Of a DNA stretch of 43,164 bases, positions 36,545 through 43,164 are shown one piece after another. This DNA comes from a virus (Duplodnaviria; Caudoviricetes). Positions within the stretch are counted from its first letter, which is position 1. The number at the start of each line of letters is the position of its first letter. Below the pieces are notes generated by a model. The model was not told the origin of the DNA and did no database searches. It worked only from the letters and a program-made list of their open reading frames with translations. A program made the translations under genes and the position numbers. The DNA is taken from positions 1 to 43,164 of IMG/VR virus record IMGVR_UViG_3300044723_003813. The stretch is one strand, 5' to 3'.

Positions 36545-38105
36545 AAAAGTATCATTTGAGAACTTCTACTCCTACGAGAAATGCTCCATTGATTTCAGGA
36601 AGCATAAAGGTATCGTAGGAATCGAAGGTATCAATAAAGACACCGGAGGTAGTAATGGGGCAGGCAAATCAGTTATTCTGGAGGCTATTGTATACGGGCT
36701 GTTTGGTAAAAGTATTCGGAAGAGTACGGAAGACGCTATGGTTAACAGCACGGCGGGTAGAGGATGCGTGGTTGAACTGGAAATTGATGAGATGACCATC
36801 CGCCGAGCACGCAAGCCTTCTATGCTTAAGTTTTTTATAAACGGGGAGGAGCATACTCAAGGCCATGCGAGCAGGACACAAGAACTCATCGAACAGAAAC
36901 TAGGTGTAGATTATAAGACCTTCATGGCTGCTGCTGTGTTTGGTCAACATTCTAATGTAGACTTCCTTGATGCTACACCTGACGACAAGCGTAAGATTAT
37001 CAACCGCTTCCTGTCTCTTGATTATATCTTCGACATGAAGAACAAGATCAAAGGTAAGCGTAGTGATCTGCGTACAGAGATTAAGGAAGCAGAGGTTCTT
37101 ATTGATAAGTTGGAGCGTGACATTGAGAAACACTCGCAAAAAGTATCTGGGGCTAAACTTTCACCAAAACAGCAAGAGATTCTTGAGAAGTATACACTCG
37201 ACCAGATCATCGAATGGGAGAAGCGTAATACACAATACTCCATTAGAATGGACGGACTTAAAAGAGAGATTAACCAACTTGGAGGACCACCAATTACAAA
37301 AGCAAAGAAGGTTGTCCGAGATGGTATCGGGTCGCAGACGAAGTGGAAGTGTGGAGAGTGTGGAACGCAGAAGAACGAAGAGATAAGTGAGGACTTCTAC
37401 AACTTCTGTAAAGATCGTGTAGACATTTACGAGAAGAAAGTAAGTGAGATCAAGGAAGAGATTAAAGATATCCAAGGCATGATCGAGCGTTTACCCTGCA
37501 CGCCCAGAGAGTACGCCAGATGGACAGAGCAGAAGAATGAGCAAGTATACAGGGATCTGATCATAGAGGCCAGAGCGGAGCGTACAGCGTACACACACCG
37601 CAAGACAGAGTTGGAGAACCAGTACGACATCTACGGGTTCTGGGACAAAGCATTCTCTGAGAAAGGTCTTGTACGATTTGTTATTAGAACTGTTAGGGAT
37701 TACCTTAATACCCATTGTAACTATTACCTGGGGTATTTAACAAACGGTCGCATTACTGTAGAATTTGATGAAGAATTACGAGAATATATTGAAGTGACTG
37801 GTAAGCATCGTCACTATATATCTCTATCCGGTGGAGAAAGGCGGAAGGTTAACCTAGCAGTGATGCTTGGACTACAAACTCTTCTAACAATGTCCAACGG
37901 TCATCAAAGTAGCGTCTTGTTCTTTGATGAGGTTGCTGAAAATCTAGATGAGGATGGCATCAATGGCCTCTATGATCTACTATGTGACCTCAAGAAGGAC
38001 AAGACTCTTTTCGTCATTACACACAACCCCCATCTGGCACAATTGCTGTCAAGACACAAGAAGATTATTATCACAAAACAAAAAGGAGTATCAACAATAA
38101 AATGA
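36534..38105 (+). CDS. gp46: Rad50/SbcC-like ATPase (T4 gp46-like)
   Basis: NFYSY, Walker A GSNGAGKS, Q-loop FGQ, Zn hook CGEC, signature LSGGE, Walker B LFFDE, ITH. Confidence 0.93.
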   Translation: MKIKKVSFENFYSYEKCSIDFRKHKGIVGIEGINKDTGGSNGAGKSVILEAIVYGLFGKSIRKSTEDAMVNSTAGRGCVVELEIDEMTIRRARKPSMLKFFINGEEHTQGHASRTQELIEQKLGVDYKTFMAAAVFGQHSNVDFLDATPDDKRKIINRFLSLDYIFDMKNKIKGKRSDLRTEIKEAEVLIDKLERDIEKHSQKVSGAKLSPKQQEILEKYTLDQIIEWEKRNTQYSIRMDGLKREINQLGGPPITKAKKVVRDGIGSQTKWKCGECGTQKNEEISEDFYNFCKDRVDIYEKKVSEIKEEIKDIQGMIERLPCTPREYARWTEQKNEQVYRDLIIEARAERTAYTHRKTELENQYDIYGFWDKAFSEKGLVRFVIRTVRDYLNTHCNYYLGYLTNGRITVEFDEELREYIEVTGKHRHYISLSGGERRKVNLAVMLGLQTLLTMSNGHQSSVLFFDEVAENLDEDGINGLYDLLCDLKKDKTLFVITHNPHLAQLLSRHKKIIITKQKGVSTIK

Positions 38106-40009
38106 CCATCGCCAAGTTAAATGATTTAGGCCAAGAGATTTTCATGAGCCGTTACGCTTACCCAGGAGAAAAGGAGTGGCGTCAACGAGCCAAGGCCATC
38201 GCACGCACTGTAGCAGGAGCAGAACCTGATGAAGATAAAGAAAGAGTTGAAGGATGGTTTTATGATGCTATATCTAGCGGGGACTTTGTTCCTGGGGGTC
38301 GTATTATTTATGGCTCTGGTCGAAATGCTGGAAAGCATAATCTATTGAACTGCTATGTCATCATTCCCGAAGATAGCGTCGATAGCATTGGAAAAACTAT
38401 TCAGGACATGTACAAGATTTCATGTGCTGGTGGTGGTATTGGTTTTAATGTATCTAAGATTCGTCCACAAGGCGATGATATTGGCAATGTAAAGAACTCT
38501 GCTCCTGGCAGTGTGTCTGTGCTCAAGATGATCAATGAGGTAGGTGAGCATGTCAAGTCTGGAAAGAATCGTAGAACGGCTCTTATGGGTATTCTTAATG
38601 TTACTCACCCTGATCTTCTTGATTTCCTTACTGTAAAGCTAGACCAAGGCCAACTGAACAACTTCAATATCTCTGTTGCTATTACCAACAGGTTCATTGA
38701 GGCTGTCCAGAACGATGAGCCCTGGTACTTCACCTATGGCAACAAGGAGTATCACAACTTCATCCTGCGTGCTACCAATAGCAAGGGTGAGCAGCGTGAC
38801 CTAGAAGTGATTGCTCTTGATGGTCAGGATGCTATCGGTCGTGCTGAGAACTTCCATCGTGCTGACTGGACTGAAACCTTTGAACTAGTAGAGCAGGCAG
38901 ATATTTCTGCTCGCGGTCTTTGGGAAAGAATCTGGACAAATGCTGTTGAGTCAGGAGATCCTGGCGTATATAATATTGATCTAGCAAACTCTTTCACCAA
39001 TGTATCGTATTTCGAGGAACTCCCATCCACTAATCCCTGTGGTGAGATTAGTCTCCCTTCTTATGGCAACTGTTGCCTTGGGAATATTAATCTTGCTAAC
39101 ATGTGCTTGGAAGATGGGTCCGATGTAGACTGGAAAAGGCTGGCAAGAACTGTTCGTACAGGGATTAGGTTCCTAGATAATGTATTGACAGTTAATCACT
39201 TCCCCACTCCAGAGTGTAAGGAAGTGGGTGAAAGATCCCGCCGTGTCGGTCTTGGTGTCATGGGTCTTCACCACATGTTTATTAAACTAGGTGTACGCTA
39301 TGGTAGTGAGAAGAGTCTTGAGTTCCTTGAACGATTGTTCGCCACGATTCGTGACGAAGCATACAAGGCATCTATCTACCTCGCAAGAGACAAGGCACCT
39401 TTCCCTGCTTTTGATAAGGAGAAGTATCTAAGTGAAGATTTTGCTAAGACATTGCCTATTAGGATTCGTCACTACATCCGTAAGTATGGCATTCGCAACG
39501 CTGTTATGCTTACTATACCTCCAACTGGGACTATTTCAATGCTTATGGGTGTTAGTTCTGGTATCGAACCTATTTTTTCTGCCATGTATATGCGCCGTTG
39601 GCGTCAAGGAAATGTCTGGAAAGAGCAGTTCGTCGCAGACCCCTTATTCCAACAGTATTTCGATGATGGCAAGGAACTCGGAGCATTCGTAGGTGCTTAC
39701 GACATCACTCCAGAGGAGCATATGGCTGTACAGGCCACGATCCAACGCTTCATCGACTCCTGCATTAGTAAGACAATCAACTTGCCAGGGGAGTTCGATC
39801 CTGCTACTATGATAGAAGAGGCTGTGAACTATATGCCATACCTCAAAGGTATGACTATATATAGAGCGGGCTCGAAAGGTAACGAACCTCTACAAGCAAT
39901 ACCACTTACTAAAGAAAATGTCGAGAAATACATGGGACAACAAGGAACTTCCGTTGGAACCGCAGACGGAGCAGCCTGTACACTCGGAGGAGATGGAGAG
40001 TGCGGCTGA
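38102..40009 (+). CDS. nrdJ: Ribonucleotide reductase, probably class II (adenosylcobalamin-dependent)
   Basis: PGGR, NCY, GGGIG, NFNISV, TNPCGE, CCLG.INL, PTGTIS, ISKT.N; single Tyr in KGMTIYR (class I has YY); C-terminal Cys pair; no nrdB adjacent. Confidence 0.85.
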   Translation: MTIAKLNDLGQEIFMSRYAYPGEKEWRQRAKAIARTVAGAEPDEDKERVEGWFYDAISSGDFVPGGRIIYGSGRNAGKHNLLNCYVIIPEDSVDSIGKTIQDMYKISCAGGGIGFNVSKIRPQGDDIGNVKNSAPGSVSVLKMINEVGEHVKSGKNRRTALMGILNVTHPDLLDFLTVKLDQGQLNNFNISVAITNRFIEAVQNDEPWYFTYGNKEYHNFILRATNSKGEQRDLEVIALDGQDAIGRAENFHRADWTETFELVEQADISARGLWERIWTNAVESGDPGVYNIDLANSFTNVSYFEELPSTNPCGEISLPSYGNCCLGNINLANMCLEDGSDVDWKRLARTVRTGIRFLDNVLTVNHFPTPECKEVGERSRRVGLGVMGLHHMFIKLGVRYGSEKSLEFLERLFATIRDEAYKASIYLARDKAPFPAFDKEKYLSEDFAKTLPIRIRHYIRKYGIRNAVMLTIPPTGTISMLMGVSSGIEPIFSAMYMRRWRQGNVWKEQFVADPLFQQYFDDGKELGAFVGAYDITPEEHMAVQATIQRFIDSCISKTINLPGEFDPATMIEEAVNYMPYLKGMTIYRAGSKGNEPLQAIPLTKENVEKYMGQQGTSVGTADGAACTLGGDGECG

Positions 40010-40077
40010 GTTTGAGAAACTACCTAATATAGACGATCCTTATTGGGAAGATTAGACATAAATTATATCTCTCCTTG

Positions 40078-40123
40078 CCTCCAAGTATTCTAAATATTTA
40101 TGAATACTTGGAGGTATTTTTTT
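40078..40123 (+). terminator. Hairpin: probable terminator for nrdJ that also sequesters the SD of the next gene, with a late-promoter-like CTAAATA at the loop
   Basis: CCTCCAAGTATTC / GAATACTTGGAGG 13-bp stem, loop TAAATATTTAT, followed by TA, T7 and ATG 40124. Confidence 0.85.
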
Positions 40124-43100
40124 ATGGCTTGGAATAGGAGAAATGGTTACCGCGACCGATATTTAGGCGCGGCTAAAACTATAAGAAATAAAGCATTAGC
40201 GTGGGTTTTCGCTCGCAGAAAAGAGGTCCCATCAAACATTGTAAGAGATAACGCTAGAGAAGGATCATCCTTCTTCAACCCATACATCGTTCTAGATTAT
40301 GATTTCGATGACATGGACAGGGAGTATCTCTTTAACAAAGCCCCAGGAGGGGATGATTACTCTCTAGTTGTACAAGGAGGAGAGTGGGTTTACGATGAAG
40401 CCTACTGCATGTCAGGCTTTTCTACAAGTGGTACTTACGGTGTTATTAGAGGTAGGTCTGATGTAATTACTCAGGTTGCTCAAACTAATAAGCAGTTTAC
40501 GATTGATACTTGGATCAGGGCTCACGATCTTACCACCACAGGCCCACCTAGAATCTTCTCAATGGCTCCTTCCACTTCTGGAACTACGGGCCATGGGTCT
40601 TCCGCCCCCGACTCATTCTATCGTCGAAACTTAAGTTTGCTACAAGGCCCAAATAGCTCACCTTTTGCAGGCGATGATTTACAAGCTAGATTTAGAGTTC
40701 TAGTAGGGTCTACTGAGTCTGAGCTTAACGGCACAACTCCACCTCCTGATATTGCAGAGGGTGTATTAACTCAGGACCAACTTCACCATGTAGCCTTGAG
40801 CGTTAAGACAGTTGAGGGAGATGGTGTTCCTGAGGTTACTATTGCCATGTATGTTGATGGCGATTTAGTTTCGGAGCAGATTATTGATGTAGATGGCGCA
40901 GAGTATGATGATGTTTTCTCTAACTGGGGAAGCACCGAACAGGGTAGCTATCTTCTAAGTTTATTCGATGAGTCTTCTGTGGTAGGAACTCCTGGTCAAA
41001 GAGCCTGGAAAGGAACGATGTATCGTTGGAGATTCTGGGCAGGATCCATGACTGGTCTCCTTATCAAGCAACTATTTGATTCTGGTCCAAAAGGTTCAAC
41101 TACCTGTAACTGGGGTGGTGGAGGAGGCGCTATCGGTGATCTAGATCCTGTTAGCGGTAACATTTTTACACCCCCTATTGCCCATGATGATGTAGCAACT
41201 ATTTACTACGGAGAAAGCGAACCTATCTCTGTTCTATCTAATGATCAGGTATTTGGTGGTAAGAACTTTAGAAGAAACTCTCTTCAAGTTGTAACTCCTC
41301 CTTTATCAGGAACGGCTGTTCCTGATATTTATGGAAGGATTGAGTATAGCTGCATTGATTTCCCTGATACGCATCCTTCTAATCAGGACACCTTTACTTA
41401 TAAGGTAAAGGACAATGCTAACCTTTGGACTACTGGTACGGTTTATGTAAACATCGCATCAGGCCCTCCAACAGGAGCCTTTACTCCCTCTATTCCCTTC
41501 ACAGGAGGAACTGCATATCCTGGCCGTCTAGCCCCTTACGGAGCTAACCCAGCCAATGTTACCTTCTCAGGGGGTCCTCTTGCAGGTTCTCTTATTGATG
41601 CCTGTGGTATTACTTGGCCTATTCCATGGAAGTCTACCACTGGTCCTAACAATGATTTCTACAAGATTGAGAATCTAGGTGATCAGTATGCTGACGATGT
41701 ACAGCTTAGTGGTTTTGCTCTACTATATCCTGACCTAGATTCTGAGTCTGCTGGAAGTATTGTTATAACCCAGCCTGGAACCTATGAGAACTTTGTTTCT
41801 TATAAGAAGATTCAAATCAGGGCTCATGATGTCACACTTAAGAACTTCATTGTCGATCCTTGCTTAGGCGGTGACGCTGCTGCTAAGTCTGCCATATGGC
41901 AAAAGCAGAACTCTGTGGGCTATGATCCTAACTTCTGGTTAACTAACCTAAATTCGCCTACTACTGTAAAAGGACCTTGCCCTCTTTATAAGGTAACTGA
42001 TAACCAAGGTAATCTAAAGTATTACGAAAGACAACCTAACTCAATCATTTATAGCATTGATTGTAACAAGATAGCTGGTGGAAGTACTAATGTTTCTGGT
42101 ACTACCATTATTGATGGTATGGTAACCTGGGGATCTAGTAAGACCATTCTTTTAAGAGATCACTCAATCGTAAAGAGGTGTGAGATCAAAGAAGGTGGTG
42201 CCGACTCTTTAGAGTTTGGTGGGGATTATGTTTCCGCAACGGGTAACTGGTGTCACCATAACGGACCTCTTGCAAAGAGCCACTCCGATGGTATGCAAAC
42301 GACTGGTAACTTTAATACCTACATGTTTGGAAACTTCATCGACATGCCTAACCCTAATACGGTTTATGCAGAGCCTTATAAGTCTAATGCTGCTTATATT
42401 ACCAGTCCTACAAAAGGCAATATGGCAAACTTAGCTATTATAGGAAACTGGCTAAATGCAGGAAACAGCACCTTGTATATTGGTGCTGGAGATAAATGGC
42501 AGAAGCAGTCTACTATAGGTGTTCAAGCCTCTTCTACAGGAACTTGTACCTTTAGCTTGAAGGGTAATCAGTTCTCTGCAACTCCAGAGGAAGGTAGAAT
42601 TAACCTAGCAGGAGACGGCATCATCCTTGAGAAGTATGTTGTTAAAGGCTCTACTGAGGCTTACTGGTGGGAAGTCCCATCTGATCTTTGGGGTCGCACT
42701 GATACTTCTACCATAGTTCTTTCTGGACCCGCTGGAGGTTGGGAAGATATTGTATATGATCCTACTGATCCTTTTGCTGGTCCTGATGGTTACAAGTCTA
42801 CTTACGGTGATCCTAATGTAGGTTGCTTGTGTCCAAACCCTGATGTTTATTTTGATCAGGGGGACTATACTGCCTACTATAACGATCCTAACGGATGGGA
42901 TCCAACAGTAGGTGCTGATTGTGATTGGGTTGCTCAAGGACAGCCTTGCAACATCTTGTTCAAGCCTACTGTAGACGGTGAACCCATGGTTTTCAGTGCG
43001 GTAAATTCAGCAGGTGCTCCTTACGGACAGAACGGTCTTTATAGAATATCTGATCCTGCTAAGTGTATGATCATTGGAAGATACGATGATTCAGAAACTG

Positions 43101-43164
43101 CTACTAGCTTCTATCATCCAAAAAACTTCTCTGGAATCATTATCGCAGATAACAGATGGGGTGC
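40124..43164 (+). CDS. Large multidomain virion/adhesin protein (LamG-like, Ig/cadherin-like and beta-helix domains), 3'-truncated
   Basis: GGAGG SD; frame appears open to the window end, which explains its absence from the track. FTIDTWI..GPPRIFS..HHVA..MYVDG (LamG), PIAHDD..ISVLSND..DTFTYKVKD (Ig-like), HSDGMQ..GNW (beta-helix-like). Confidence 0.75.
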   Translation, partial: MAWNRRNGYRDRYLGAAKTIRNKALAWVFARRKEVPSNIVRDNAREGSSFFNPYIVLDYDFDDMDREYLFNKAPGGDDYSLVVQGGEWVYDEAYCMSGFSTSGTYGVIRGRSDVITQVAQTNKQFTIDTWIRAHDLTTTGPPRIFSMAPSTSGTTGHGSSAPDSFYRRNLSLLQGPNSSPFAGDDLQARFRVLVGSTESELNGTTPPPDIAEGVLTQDQLHHVALSVKTVEGDGVPEVTIAMYVDGDLVSEQIIDVDGAEYDDVFSNWGSTEQGSYLLSLFDESSVVGTPGQRAWKGTMYRWRFWAGSMTGLLIKQLFDSGPKGSTTCNWGGGGGAIGDLDPVSGNIFTPPIAHDDVATIYYGESEPISVLSNDQVFGGKNFRRNSLQVVTPPLSGTAVPDIYGRIEYSCIDFPDTHPSNQDTFTYKVKDNANLWTTGTVYVNIASGPPTGAFTPSIPFTGGTAYPGRLAPYGANPANVTFSGGPLAGSLIDACGITWPIPWKSTTGPNNDFYKIENLGDQYADDVQLSGFALLYPDLDSESAGSIVITQPGTYENFVSYKKIQIRAHDVTLKNFIVDPCLGGDAAAKSAIWQKQNSVGYDPNFWLTNLNSPTTVKGPCPLYKVTDNQGNLKYYERQPNSIIYSIDCNKIAGGSTNVSGTTIIDGMVTWGSSKTILLRDHSIVKRCEIKEGGADSLEFGGDYVSATGNWCHHNGPLAKSHSDGMQTTGNFNTYMFGNFIDMPNPNTVYAEPYKSNAAYITSPTKGNMANLAIIGNWLNAGNSTLYIGAGDKWQKQSTIGVQASSTGTCTFSLKGNQFSATPEEGRINLAGDGIILEKYVVKGSTEAYWWEVPSDLWGRTDTSTIVLSGPAGGWEDIVYDPTDPFAGPDGYKSTYGDPNVGCLCPNPDVYFDQGDYTAYYNDPNGWDPTVGADCDWVAQGQPCNILFKPTVDGEPMVFSAVNSAGAPYGQNGLYRISDPAKCMIIGRYDDSETATSFYHPKNFSGIIIADNRWG

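Noticed and set aside
2821-42937. Numerous 60-120 aa antisense or alternate-frame ORFs nested in long genes
   Set aside because: They look like shadows of strongly supported genes and show no recognisable motifs. Only 30779-31303 and 31929-32279 were accepted on the minus strand.
1-43164. tRNA or other structured RNA genes
   Set aside because: Intergenic gaps are short (about 115 bp at most) and are explained by terminators and promoters; no cloverleaf was seen by eye.

Overview
43-kb fragment of a large, T4-like contractile-tailed (myovirus) phage genome, densely coding and almost all on the + strand. From left to right it holds: (1) baseplate and tail-fibre genes, including three tandem paralogues, a probable beta-helix tailspike, a 1829-aa protein with about 15 six-cysteine repeats and a PAAR spike tip; (2) a head cluster (putative core proteins, gp21 protease, gp22 scaffold, gp23 major capsid); (3) neck and tail genes (gp13, gp14, gp15, gp18, gp19); (4) a replication and nucleotide module: Holliday-junction resolvase, a thioredoxin-fold protein without CxxC, a short gp55 late sigma factor, a family-A DNA polymerase split over three ORFs with a degenerate UDG domain, ThyX, gp47/gp46 and a class II RNR; (5) the start of a large LamG/Ig/beta-helix virion protein behind a T4-style SD-sequestering hairpin. 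The best candidate for an undescribed system is the three-piece PolA with its neighbouring redox-inactive thioredoxin and tail-less gp55. All assignments come from reading motifs by eye; no searches were run.
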